From: an uncultured archaeon
GTDB taxonomy: Archaea; Thermoproteota; Nitrososphaeria; Nitrososphaerales; Gagatemarchaeaceae
Assembly (NCBI GenBank): GCA_963799775.1
Contig: CAWCYD010000003.1
Coordinates: 320,001-384,000, forward strand
Direction of reading: 5' to 3'
Length of the DNA: 64,000 bases
Shown here one piece after another: positions 32,440 to 42,909 of the stretch. A program made the position numbers and the translations under genes. Positions within the stretch are counted from its first letter, which is position 1, and each line of letters starts with the position of its first letter. The notes below the pieces were generated by a model that did no database searches, was not told where the DNA came from, and saw only the letters and a program-made list of their open reading frames with translations.

Positions 32440-32444
32440 GGTCG

Positions 32445-33650
32445 TCAGTCCTGTCGTTCTTCCGGACCGGGTTCCGATACGTTGCCGTCTGCCGAGTCGC
32501 CGGGCGTGAGCGAGGGGCGCTGGCCCGCGACCGACGGCACGGTCGACCTGCTCCTGAGTCTCGTGTACAGCGTTATCACGACGCCGAAGACCGCTGCGAG
32601 CCCTACGAGCACGTAGGTGATGAGGAGGATGGTCGAGTTCGTCCCGCCGGTGATCAGGTAGTCGCTGAACTGGTCCATGGGGAAGAAGAGCAGCGCGAGC
32701 ACCACGATCCCTGTCATGCTCCTCCATGCCCGCGGGCTCCCGCGCAGGAACTGGGTAAGGAGGTTCCCCGAGAGGTAGATCGCTATCGCCGTCCAGATCA
32801 AAAGGAGAGAGCCCTTGAGATAGTAGCCTATCAGCCCACCTCCATATTGGATGAAGAGAGAAGGAGACTGCCCCACCAGGGCCATCGCGTTGGGGTCGTT
32901 GAGTACCATGAAGCTGTAACCGCTTGAGAGACCTGCGATGAGGATCAAGATACTGGCAGGGATGGTGAAGAGCCGGACGTATCCATGGGGCTTTTGGCTC
33001 AACATGCCCGCGATGAACCTGTCGATGTTGAAACCTCGGACAAGGAAGGCAGCTCCGAGTATGATCAGTATCGACAGGGCCGCTAGATATGCCGCCCCCG
33101 CGAGGACCAGGATGCCGGTCAGCAGCAAGATTATCCCCGGCACCCCTATCGCCCACTTTGAGTATCTCGGGTCGAAGACGAGCATCCTCAGATACCGACC
33201 TATCACCATGTAGTTCTCCTCCACCGACCTGCTGTGCTTGACCACTATCCTCCTCACGGAGACTATGGGCTTCAACGTCTGGATTATCGGGATGACGAGC
33301 TCGTCCTCGGCCCCGTCGCTGATGAGCACTATCCCGGAGTAGTTCTGTCGGGAGAGGAGCGCCTCTACCTCGCTCCTGATCTTCCTGTCTGCCTTGAATC
33401 CCGAGTCCTCCAGGCCGCAGACCGCTCCCACATCGCACGCGATCTCCTGTGCCCTTAGGGCGTCGTATTCTTTCGTCGCCGCGAAGAGGGCGTTCGCGTC
33501 GGCCTCCTCTGGGTCGGCCACCGCGAGCCGGGTCGCTGCATCCAGCACCGCGTCCCTCCCGAAGATGGGGGACCGGATACCAGTCTTGCGCTCGAGGTCA
33601 CCGTCCCTATCGACCGAGAGCACAAGCACGCGCTCTTGGGGCGCCGACAT
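32445..33650 (-). CDS. DUF373 family membrane protein
   Basis: LVLSVDRDGDL, DPEEADAN, ISDGAEDE and VVKHS followed by TM helices. Confidence 0.85.
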   Translation of the reverse strand: MSAPQERVLVLSVDRDGDLERKTGIRSPIFGRDAVLDAATRLAVADPEEADANALFAATKEYDALRAQEIACDVGAVCGLEDSGFKADRKIRSEVEALLSRQNYSGIVLISDGAEDELVIPIIQTLKPIVSVRRIVVKHSRSVEENYMVIGRYLRMLVFDPRYSKWAIGVPGIILLLTGILVLAGAAYLAALSILIILGAAFLVRGFNIDRFIAGMLSQKPHGYVRLFTIPASILILIAGLSSGYSFMVLNDPNAMALVGQSPSLFIQYGGGLIGYYLKGSLLLIWTAIAIYLSGNLLTQFLRGSPRAWRSMTGIVVLALLFFPMDQFSDYLITGGTNSTILLITYVLVGLAAVFGVVITLYTRLRSRSTVPSVAGQRPSLTPGDSADGNVSEPGPEERQD

Positions 33651-33745
33651 GACTTTCGTTCTCGAGAACGTCCCTCTCTACTTAAGGGCTATCCCGTCGC
33701 AGGGAAGAAAGGGCAAAATACCCGCCTACCTGACGACGTGTCAGG

Positions 33746-35449
33746 TTGCTAGTGGAGCGACCATGGAAAAAGGCCTGGGCAAAACACGTGATTGCTTCGG
33801 TGGGAGACGACCCGCCAGAGCCTCGCCCTTTGTTCGAGCTCGTCTCAAAGACCGCTGCGAGGGACCCGGCTAGGCGCTGTCTGCGGTTCCAGGGCGCGAG
33901 CCTGACCTATGGGGAGGTCGACGACCTATCGTCGCGATTCGCCACCGCGCTCCTCTCCATGGGCATGAAAAAGGGGGACAGGGTCGCCATATTCTTGCCG
34001 AACATGCCGCAGTTCGTCCTGGCATACTTTGGGATCCTGAAAGCAGGAGGGATAGCCGTCCCTTGCAGCCCTCTCTACAAGTCGAAGGAGCTCGAATTCC
34101 AGCTCAGGAACTCCGGCTCCTCGTTCGTCGTCGCGGTCAACGACGTCGTCAAGGGGAATGACCTCTACTCCAGCGTCGAGGGGTGTAAGCAAAAGGTCGA
34201 CGCAAAGGTCATCACAGCGAGCCTGACGGACTACCTTCCCGGGGCGAAGAGGGCGCTCGCTGGCCTCGCAGGCGTCAAGAACGTCAAGCGGAACGGGACC
34301 GTCGGCGCCTTCAGAGACCTCGTGACAAGGAGCCCGCCCTTGTCCAAGTATTCCGACATCGACCCGCGTCGCGACGTCGCCGTCCTCCAGTACACGGGAG
34401 GTACGACAGGGGTGTCGAAAGGTGCGATGTTGACCCACTCGAACCTCTACACAAACGCGGCCGTGACGGCAACATGGTTCCCCCTGAAGAGCGATGACAT
34501 CGCCCTCGGGGCGCTGCCGTTCTTCCACATATACGGGATGACCGCCGTGATGAACGCCCCCCTTTACGCGGGGGGCTCCATAGTCCTCCTGCCGAGGTTC
34601 GAGGTGGAGGCGGCGATGAAAGCGATACAGGACGAGAAGATCACCTCCTTCTGCGGTGTCCCGACCATGTACATCGCCGTCATCAACCACCCGGAGGTGA
34701 AAAAGTTCAATCTGAGATCCGTCCGCGGGTGCATTTCCGGCGGGGCCGCCCTTCCCAGGGCCGTGAGCGAATCGTTCGCGAGCCTCACGGGGGGGACGCT
34801 GGTAGAAGGATACGGTCTGAGCGAGTCCAGCCCGGTCACGCACTGCAACCCGATCGGCGAAGGAGGGGCGGTCAGAGAAGGCTCGATAGGCGTCCCGGTC
34901 CCCTTCACAGACGCGAAGATCGTGGACATGAGCGACGCGAGCAAGGAGCTCCCCCTGGGAGAGTCGGGCGAGCTCGCCGTCAAGGGGCCTCAGGTGATGC
35001 TCGGCTACTGGAACAACGTGGCGGAGACCGAACACGTCTTGAGCAGGGATGGCTGGATGCTGACCGGGGACATCGCAAGGATGGACGCGGACGGCTACTT
35101 CTACATCGTTGACAGGAAGAAGGACATGATCGACGTCTCGGGGCTCAAGGTCTATCCTCGCGAGGTCGAGGAGCTCCTCTTCACCCATCCTGCGGTCAAG
35201 GAAGCGGCGGTCGTTGGGATGCCCGACTCATACAGGGGAGAGGCTGTCCATGCCTACATCGTCCTCAAGCCGGAGAGCAAGGGTAAGGTCGCCGAGGAAG
35301 AGATAATACAATTCTGCAGGTCTAACCTCGCGACCTACAAGGCGCCGAGGAAGGTGACCTTCGTCGACGAGCTTCCGAAGTCTCTCATCGGCAAGGTCTT
35401 GAGAAGGAAGCTCCGGGAGACGGAATCAGGCCGGCAAGCGCCTTCCTGA
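33746..35449 (+). CDS. fadD: long-chain acyl-CoA ligase
   Basis: YTGGTTGVSKG, EGYGLSE, TGD, DRKKD and PKSLIGK. Confidence 0.92.
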   Translation: MLVERPWKKAWAKHVIASVGDDPPEPRPLFELVSKTAARDPARRCLRFQGASLTYGEVDDLSSRFATALLSMGMKKGDRVAIFLPNMPQFVLAYFGILKAGGIAVPCSPLYKSKELEFQLRNSGSSFVVAVNDVVKGNDLYSSVEGCKQKVDAKVITASLTDYLPGAKRALAGLAGVKNVKRNGTVGAFRDLVTRSPPLSKYSDIDPRRDVAVLQYTGGTTGVSKGAMLTHSNLYTNAAVTATWFPLKSDDIALGALPFFHIYGMTAVMNAPLYAGGSIVLLPRFEVEAAMKAIQDEKITSFCGVPTMYIAVINHPEVKKFNLRSVRGCISGGAALPRAVSESFASLTGGTLVEGYGLSESSPVTHCNPIGEGGAVREGSIGVPVPFTDAKIVDMSDASKELPLGESGELAVKGPQVMLGYWNNVAETEHVLSRDGWMLTGDIARMDADGYFYIVDRKKDMIDVSGLKVYPREVEELLFTHPAVKEAAVVGMPDSYRGEAVHAYIVLKPESKGKVAEEEIIQFCRSNLATYKAPRKVTFVDELPKSLIGKVLRRKLRETESGRQAPS

Positions 35450-35472
35450 CTCCTCATTCGCACAGATCCGGC

Positions 35473-36648
35473 CTATCTCTCCACGATCATGGCCAGCGCG
35501 TTCCCTCCGCCCATGCACAGCGTCGCCAGACCTCTCCTCTTTCCCCGCCTCCTCAGCTCGTAGACCAGCGTCGTCAGGATCCTGGCGCCGCTGCACCCGA
35601 TGGGATGACCCAGGGCCACGGCCCCTCCGTTCACGTTCATCTTCTCGTCCGGGATCCCCAATTCGTCCCTGACCGCTATCGACGAGCTCGCGTACGCCTC
35701 GTTGTACTCGAACAGGTCGAAGTCCTCGATCGAGAAGCCGGTGGCCTTCAGCAACGACCTGACCGTGGGGATCGGGGCCTCCATGACGTCTTCCGGCTTG
35801 GTCCCGCCCGCGCCGTATGCGACGATCTTCGCAAGCGGCTTCGCTCCCATCTCCTTCGCATGCTCGGCGCCTGCGACGACGAGCGCGCTCGCCCCGTCGC
35901 TGAGCTGTGACGAGTTCCCTGCGGTCAGGATGCCATCATGCGCGAAGACGGGTTGAAGCTTCGCGAGCTTCTGCAAGGTCGTGTCAGGCCTGATACACTC
36001 GTCCGAGGAGAAGGAGATGCCTCCCGAGTCACTTTCGACATCCACGGGGACTATCTCGTCGGAGAACCTGCCTGCCTTCTGGGCGCTCGCGGCCTTTTCA
36101 TGGCTCTCCAGCGCGTACTCGTCAGCCTGTCTCCTCGTCACCCCGTACTTCTTCGCGATCCTCTCGCCGGTGACGCCCATGTGGAAGTCGTTGTAGACGT
36201 CCCAGAGGCCGTCGACTATCATCGAGTCTTCCAACTTCGCGTCGCCGATGCGGCTCCCCCATCTCATCTTCCTCACGAGGTACGGGGCGTTGCTCATGTT
36301 CTCCGTACCTCCTGCGAGGACAAGCCGCTGGTCGCCGGCCTTGACCGCCTGGGCAGCCAACATGACGGCGCGCAGCCCGGAGCCGCAGACCTTGTTGATG
36401 CTGAACGACCCGACGTGCGCCGGGACGCCCGCGTAGATCGCCGCCTGCCTAGCAACGTTCTGGCCTAGACCTGCGGAGATGACGTTGCCGAGGACGACCT
36501 CGCCCACGTCTCCGGGCTTGACGCGGGCCCTGGCCGTCGCCTCCTTGAGGACGACCGCCCCCAGGCGCGCCGCGTGGACACCGACGAGGGTCTTCCCGAA
36601 CTTACCGATCGGCGTCCTGCAGGCGGAGAGGATCACAGGAGAATCCAA
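35473..36648 (-). CDS. acetyl-CoA C-acyltransferase (classical thiolase)
   Basis: NKVCGSG, NEAY, GHPIGCSG and CMGGG, with all catalytic residues present. Confidence 0.95.
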   Translation of the reverse strand: MDSPVILSACRTPIGKFGKTLVGVHAARLGAVVLKEATARARVKPGDVGEVVLGNVISAGLGQNVARQAAIYAGVPAHVGSFSINKVCGSGLRAVMLAAQAVKAGDQRLVLAGGTENMSNAPYLVRKMRWGSRIGDAKLEDSMIVDGLWDVYNDFHMGVTGERIAKKYGVTRRQADEYALESHEKAASAQKAGRFSDEIVPVDVESDSGGISFSSDECIRPDTTLQKLAKLQPVFAHDGILTAGNSSQLSDGASALVVAGAEHAKEMGAKPLAKIVAYGAGGTKPEDVMEAPIPTVRSLLKATGFSIEDFDLFEYNEAYASSSIAVRDELGIPDEKMNVNGGAVALGHPIGCSGARILTTLVYELRRRGKRRGLATLCMGGGNALAMIVER

Positions 36649-36974
36649 TGTTATCCTATCAAGGCTGTTCCTTTATAACATGCGAGCGAGAAGACCCACT
36701 TGCCTCAGCCGTGGAATGAAAGCGAGCCTATGGGCGCTTAAGTATCGCGACCACAATATGATCAATGTGCGACCCGCACAAGTAGGGCAGGACATGCCCG
36801 AACTCAAGCCTGTGGAGACCAAGGCCTCTGCTCGTCGCGACAACACGAAAGCAAGCCAGATCGAGGAAGCAGGAACTATACGCGCTGCAACAGGCGCTGG
36901 AAGCGCACGGATTCTATTCGTGGGAGGATGTCACAACAAAAACCCAGGTTTCTACCCCGGAAGGCCCGTCGCCT

Positions 36975-37538
36975 TCATGTCGAGCGAAGCGCGAGCCCGT
37001 TCCTCGCATAGCGGGACGAGTAGTATATGATCACGGGAGCAAGAACCGCCCCCGTCACAAAGTCGCTGATCTCGTGAGCCAGCATGAAAGGGACCAAGCC
37101 TGCGACCTCTGTCGCGACGAGCTTCTGGAAAGTCAGCTGGGGCCAGAACTCCAGGATCGCCGTCCCTGCGTTCGTCTCTAGGCTCCACAAGAACGCGCAG
37201 ATCGTGAGCAAGGCGCCGAAGTAGAGGTTCCGCGCCGAGACCGTGGATACCTTGTTCGACCACAGCTTGGAGGCGGCCCACCCTGCGAGGGCGTACATTA
37301 TCTCACCGGCGACGAGAAACGGGATGATGTATCCGCCGAATCCGAAGGGATTCAACGTCCCCCAGATCAACTCGGAGAGCACCCCCACATAGATGCCCAT
37401 CTCGAGGCCGAAGACGAAGGCGACCGAGAAGACGACAGGGTCGACGATCTTGACGTTGAGCGCGTCCGTGAGCGCGTAGTCCGAGGCGATAGACAGAGAC
37501 GTGAAGACGGCCACGACAGCGAGATCCCTTGTCCTCAT
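36975..37538 (-). CDS. ECF transporter S-component-like membrane protein
   Basis: DLAVVAVFTSL N-terminal helix and NVK.VD in a roughly 6-TM protein. Confidence 0.7.
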   Translation of the reverse strand: MRTRDLAVVAVFTSLSIASDYALTDALNVKIVDPVVFSVAFVFGLEMGIYVGVLSELIWGTLNPFGFGGYIIPFLVAGEIMYALAGWAASKLWSNKVSTVSARNLYFGALLTICAFLWSLETNAGTAILEFWPQLTFQKLVATEVAGLVPFMLAHEISDFVTGAVLAPVIIYYSSRYARNGLALRST

Positions 37539-37578
37539 GTCCGCCGCCTGGCTGGACAAACCAGCCAGGGTTTAACGA

Positions 37579-38052
37579 TTATCTCCTTCTCTGGTTCGCC
37601 CTCGTCCTGAACCCTTGGAGGTCGAGGATGGAGCCGCTCCTCTTGTCGGGGCTCGCGAACACGGCCCCGACGGAATCTCCCACCTTGGGTCTGCGTCCAT
37701 CCTCGCCGAGGAGCCTGTGGACCAACCCGCCGCTGACTCCCTCGAAGGTCACGAACCCGAAGGTCACTCTCGGTCTGCCGCCACGGGCAGTCGGTGAGGA
37801 CATCGCAGCTATCCTCCCAAGCTGGTAGAGCTCCACGTCAGGCCTCGTCCTGCCGTAGCACATGAGGCAGTACGTCCTGGGAGGGACCCTTACGTCGCCG
37901 CAGCGGGGGCACTTGCTGGCGATGATCTTGCACTCCATCAGGCCCCTGAGGAAGACCTCGCCTGCCACTCCAGCGGTGTATTCGTAGCTGAGGGGTATGC
38001 TGTCCTCCCAGGCGATGATCCTCCCTGTCCCACGTGCGACGACCGAGCTCAG
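37579..38052 (-). CDS. DUF35 Zn-ribbon/OB-fold protein
   Basis: YEYTAGVAG, CPRC...PPR.YC..C and R.GSILD. The start may be a CTG overlapping the upstream stop. Confidence 0.85.
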   Translation of the reverse strand: MSSVVARGTGRIIAWEDSIPLSYEYTAGVAGEVFLRGLMECKIIASKCPRCGDVRVPPRTYCLMCYGRTRPDVELYQLGRIAAMSSPTARGGRPRVTFGFVTFEGVSGGLVHRLLGEDGRRPKVGDSVGAVFASPDKRSGSILDLQGFRTRANQRRR

Positions 38053-38576
38053 CCTTTCCTCGACCTCACGTCAATCGGTCTGAAGTATGCGATGTCGGTG
38101 ATCGCGCCACCCCTTTCCCTCCGCGCCTTCCAGACTGCCTTGACCTTCATCCCGACCTCGACCCGCTCGGGGGAGACCTCGCCGAGGACGTGCAGCAGGC
38201 CCATCATCTCGGAGGCGCCGTCGATCTCGATGACGGCTACGAGGATGGGGTCTACCCGTCTGCTCGCGTCCGCATTGACATAGCTTATCGAATACGTGAC
38301 TATCCTCCCGGTGTCCTTCAACCTCACCCACTTGGTCGTAGGGCGGAAGCACCGCTCGCAATACATCCGCGGAGGCACGAGCGTCCTCCCACAGCCCTCG
38401 CACCGCCTTCCCCAGATCTCGCCGTCCTTGAGGCCCTCCATGAACCGTGACGTGGCCTTGCCTGCAGCCCAAGAGTATCTCAGGACCGTCTTGTACTTCG
38501 AGACGAGATACTTTTCCTCGCGCGACTCCTTCGACGTTATCTCCGTGCCAGGGTAGCGAGAGACCTTGCTGCTCAC
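38049..38576 (-). CDS. DUF35 Zn-ribbon/OB-fold protein
   Basis: CEGC...PPRMYCERC, GMKVKAVW and GAITDIAYF. Confidence 0.9.
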   Translation of the reverse strand: MSSKVSRYPGTEITSKESREEKYLVSKYKTVLRYSWAAGKATSRFMEGLKDGEIWGRRCEGCGRTLVPPRMYCERCFRPTTKWVRLKDTGRIVTYSISYVNADASRRVDPILVAVIEIDGASEMMGLLHVLGEVSPERVEVGMKVKAVWKARRERGGAITDIAYFRPIDVRSRKG

Positions 38577-40521
38577 CGTGTCGCCCTCCTGCTGCGGTAC
38601 TCGACGAAGAATCCCATCGCCTCTGGGTTCTTCAGCGAGCTCGCGCTCACGGCGCGGTCCGGATCCGTTCCCATGAGGATGCGCTTCACTGGGCACCTCC
38701 ACCTTCTTGCCGTTCATGGTCCTCGGCACTTCGCGGATCTGGACCACCTCGTCGGGAACAAGTCTTGGAGAAAGCTCCGCGCGGACCTTCTTCACGATCT
38801 GGTCCTTCAATGCTTGGTCTAGTACCATGCCCGGCCTCAAGACGACGAAGAGCGGCATGAACGAGGGGGCGTCCGGGTGCTCGACGTCGATCACCAGCGA
38901 GTCCAAGACCCCGGGGATGGACTCGACGACCCCGTATATCTCGCTCGTCCCGGCCCTGACCCCTCTCCTCTTTATCGTGGAGTCCGACCGACCATAGATG
39001 GCGCAGCTTCCTTCCTCGTCTATCTTGATCCAGTCGCCGTGCCTCCAGACCCCGGGGAACATTGAGAAGTAGCTCTCCTGATACAGCGACCCGTCCTCGT
39101 CTCCCCAGAGGTATAGCGGCATGGAGGGCATCGGCGACCTCACCACGAGCTCGCCTACCTCTCCCACTATCTCCTTCCCAGACTCATCGAATGCCGCGAC
39201 CGCGGCCCCCAGACATATGCACTGGATCTTCCCCGACCTCACGGGCAACGTAGGGTTGCCTCCCACGAAGGCCGTGCACACGTCCGTGCCCCCGCTGATG
39301 GAGGCGGTCCACATCTCCAGGTTCTCGTTGAGCCATCGGAAGCTGGCAGAAGATAGCGGCGATCCCGTCGAGCCTATGCCTCGGATGCTCTCGACATCCC
39401 TCCCCGCGGGCCTGTATCCGCTCTTTGACATCGCATCGAAGTACGGAGCGCTCGCCCCGAAGAAGGTCATCTTGGTCCTGCCCGCCAGACTCCACAAGGT
39501 ACTGGGGTCCGGATGCAAGGGGTCGCCGTCAAAGAGTACGACCGAGGCACCGAGAAGAAGCGCTCCGAGCATGTAGTTCCACATCATCCAGCCCGCCGAA
39601 GTGTACCAGAACATCCTGTCGCCCCGCCTGATGTCGTTGTGCAGCGAGAGCTCCTTGAGGTGCTCCAAGAGAATGCCTCCGTGACCATGGACGATCGGCT
39701 TTGGAAGGCCGGTCGTCCCTGAGGTGTACAAGATCCACAGAGGATGGTCGAAAGGCACCATCTCGAACTCCAAGGGCTCGTCCCTCTCTCCCAGCTCGAC
39801 CCAGTCTTCTGCTCCCGCGACGCCTTCCCTTTCCCGTGTGTCTGTCACCACCGTCGTGTGGATGCTGGGCAGCGACTCGCGGACCTCCTCGATGACACCT
39901 CTCTTGTCGAACCACTTGCCGCCGTAGCTGTACCCTTCGACCCCGATGAAGGCCCGGGGGGAGACCTGGCTGAACCGGTCGATGACGCTCCGAGGGCCGG
40001 CCTCCGGGGGGCAGCAGGTCCACACCGCTCCGATGCTTGCCGAGGCAAGCAACGCCACGACCGCTTCTGCACAGTTCGGGAGGTAACCCGCGACCCGGTC
40101 ACCCGGCCTGACCCCCTCCTCTCTCAAAAAGGCCGCGAGAGAAGCAGTCTCCGCCTTTAGCTCGCCCCAGGTGACGCTCGAGTCCTCCTCTCTCTCCGCT
40201 GCGACGACTAGTGCCACGTCGTTGTCGTATCTGTTCCGGAATGTGTGCTCCGCGTAGTTGAGCCTGGCGCCCTCGAACCATCTTGCTCCCGGCATCTTCC
40301 TCTCGCTCAGGGCCCTTCTCGTAGGGCCTCGTGGACCAGACCTCGAAGTACTCCCAGACGGTCTCCCAGAACTCCTCCAAGTTCTCGGTCGACCAGCGCC
40401 AGAGGGCCTGATAGTCATCGAACGTGACGCCCTTGCGCTTCTCGACCCACCTCCTGTACCTCGTCATGTTCGCGAGCTCCGCCGACCGCTTCGAAGGTGC
40501 CCAGAGCGTCTGACCTTCCAT
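38573..40521 (-). CDS. acetoacetate--CoA ligase (frameshifts near 40320 and 38690)
   Basis: LWRWS..LEEFW, WFEGARLNYAE, SGTTGLPKPIVHGHGG, GWMMWN, SGGTDVC, GRSDST and GKKVEVP. Confidence 0.92.
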
Positions 40522-40526
40522 CTCAT

Positions 40527-41692
40527 CTATCGCCTCAAGGTGATGACGGTGCCCACCTGGAGGAGGTTCCCCCCAAGCCTGAGCCAGCCCTCTGTTCACT
40601 TCCTTTTTCACTTGTCTCTTCCCCGCTTCCCCCCTCAGTTGCCAGAACACCTCGCAGACCTTCATGAGGCCAGCGGCAGCAATAGGGTTTCCAACTCCAA
40701 GGAGCCCGCCTGAGGGGTTAATCGGGAAGTCTCCGTCTCTCTGGGTCACGCCTTCCTTCGTCAGCTTGGGCGCCCCGCCTTTGTCCGCGAGCATGAGGCC
40801 TTCCATGTGGTGCAACTCCTTGTAGTCGAAGGGGTCGTAGACCTCCGCAAAGTCTAGGTCCGTTCCGAGGGTCCTCGATCTTCGCCATCTTGTATGCCAT
40901 CTTGGCGGCGCGCTCGACGTACTCCGGGTAGCACAGATCCCTGTTGGTCCAGTATTGCGTGTCGACATTCCAGCCGACGCCGTCGATCCAAACAGGGTCG
41001 TCAGTGTACTTCCTTGCGACATCTTCTGAGGCTAGCACCATCGCAACGGCCTCGTCTGAGGGCGGTGAGACATCCAAACGTTTCACAGGTGAGACAATCT
41101 TCTCGCTCCGCATGACGTCCTCGACCGTGATCTTCGCCCCCAACTGGGCGCACGGATGGTCGAGCGCGTTGAGCTTGTTCTTCACAGCGACCAGCGCTAT
41201 CTCCTCTTCCTTCACCCCGTAGACGTGCATGTACCTTCGCATCTCGAGCGCGAAGATCCAGAGCAGCGTCACGCCCAACGGTCTCTCCAAAGTGTGGTCG
41301 AATATGCTCCAGAAGGCATACTGCGGATGCGGATGGAGAGGGGACATCTTCTCCTCCGCGACCACCATGCAGGTGTCGAACATCCCCGACGCGACGTGCC
41401 ACCAGCCTCCTATCGGTGAGAAGACTCCCGTCCCGCCTCCGACGTAGACCCTGCTCGTCGGCGAGCCGATGCCTCCGGCCCCCTCGAGGAGGTACTCTCC
41501 CTTCATGTGCACCCCGTCGAACGCGTCCGGGGCGCTGCCTATCACGACGGACTCGATCTCCTTCCTTTCCATCTTGGCCGCCTCCAGGGCCATGGAGGTC
41601 GCCTCGAAGGATAGCTCCCTCCCCGTCTCGAGGAGACGCCTCCTGAACAACGTCATCCCCGCCCCGATTATCGCGACCCTTCGCGCTGTCAT
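40527..41692 (-). CDS. thiolase-fold (SCP-x/Ltp2-like) protein lacking the nucleophilic Cys (frameshifts)
   Basis: VAIIGAG, VYVGGGTG, EVYDPF and NPSGGLLGVGNPIAAAG. Confidence 0.85.
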
Positions 41693-42828
41693 GCTCCCAC
41701 CGAGAGAATCGCGACCCCACCCGTGGCGGTTGGGACGCCGCGCCACGACTGCACGAGCGCGCTCTTGGCGCCCTTCACCTGCCTCTTGCCGCCCTCCCCC
41801 CTGAGCTGGACCACTGCTTCGTAGAGCCGATAGAGCGCCGAGGCCTCGATGAGGTTGCCTACAGCCAGCGACCCTCCTGATGGGTTCAGCGCCGGGCCTC
41901 GTCCTCTAGGATCTCCGAGGCCTCTTGCCCGTCCTTTGAGAGCGACAGGAGGTGTTGAAGAAGCTTGAACGAGTAGGTGTCGTCTATCTCCAAGAGGTCC
42001 AGCGACCCTATCTCCCTGTCCAGCCCCGCTTGCCTGGCCGCGCGCTCGAACGACGCCCGCGCATATCCTGCCGAAGTAACCTCGCCGCCGTCGAGCCACG
42101 GGAGGGAAGAGTTCCAGGCGACGCCGTCGACTCCTACGCCTTCTCCCCTGTTCTTCCGGGACCATCCATCTGAAGCGAGCACTATGACCACGGCCGCGTC
42201 TGCGAACTGGGCCTTGTCCGCCCTCCTCAACGGGGAAGAGATGACCTCTGAGCTTGCCGAGACGCCGCGTCTCCTCTTCGACCCGAAGCTCGCCAACGGG
42301 TTGAGGGTGCCCCTCTTCCTTGAGTTCTCTATGGCGACGTCGCAGTCAGCCAGCCCGAATCCCGAGAGCTCCAAGAACGCCCCCATCTCGAGCGCGGCCA
42401 GCGTGTCGCTCCCCATCCCGAGAGGACGCAACAGCGACGGCTCCTGCGCGAAGTCCTCCACCGCGTCCTTGTCGAGCACGTCCGAGACCTTGCTGTGAGC
42501 CTCTAGCACGACGACCTCTGCCACGCCGGACTCGATCTGCATGACGGCGTTTCCCAGGCCGGTGATGCCGTCCCCGGGAATCGTGCAGACCGGCCTCCCC
42601 GCGCCTCCTATCTGGTCGGGTACCATCTCGTCTGTGATGCTCCAGCCCTCCCACAGGCTCATCGCTCGTCGTGATGAAAGAATCGACGTCCCTCCTCGGG
42701 TCTACACCCGCGTCCCTGTATGCCAGCGCGGCCGCCTCGAACATCAACTCGCGAGTCGAGATCTCTGGGAGCGCAGGCTTGAACCCCGCGGCACCCACGC
42801 CGACTATGCTGACAGCAGGTCTCCCCAT
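41689..42828 (-). CDS. thiolase-fold protein, degenerate partner subunit (frameshifts)
   Basis: VSIVGVG, TIPGDG, EIDDTYS, NPSGGSLAVGN and QLRGEGGKRQV. Confidence 0.8.
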
Positions 42829-42909
42829 CTCGTGCGCTGAAGGCTCGTTCGATAGATAAGTTTGGCTGCATCGACAGCAATTAATCTACCACAGGTCTGA
42901 TGCCGCGCG

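Noticed and set aside
33926-35188. Long antisense or alternative-frame ORFs (for example 33926-35188, 56333-58075, 59274-60416)
   Set aside because: These are expected shadows of high-GC3 coding sequence opposite or within well-supported genes.
36758-37030. Possible small gene after a TATA-like cttaagta between the thiolase and the ECF S-component
   Set aside because: No single convincing frame. A protein-like stretch (KQELYALQQALEAHGFYSW) needs an assumed frameshift, so it cannot be supported.
38049-40418. 789-aa acetoacetate-CoA ligase-DUF35 fusion in the ORF track (likewise the 608-aa ORF 31612-33438 running into uppS)
   Set aside because: The ligase C-terminus continues in another frame to its own TGA, which overlaps the DUF35 GTG. 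The fusion is created by an indel or a shadow frame.
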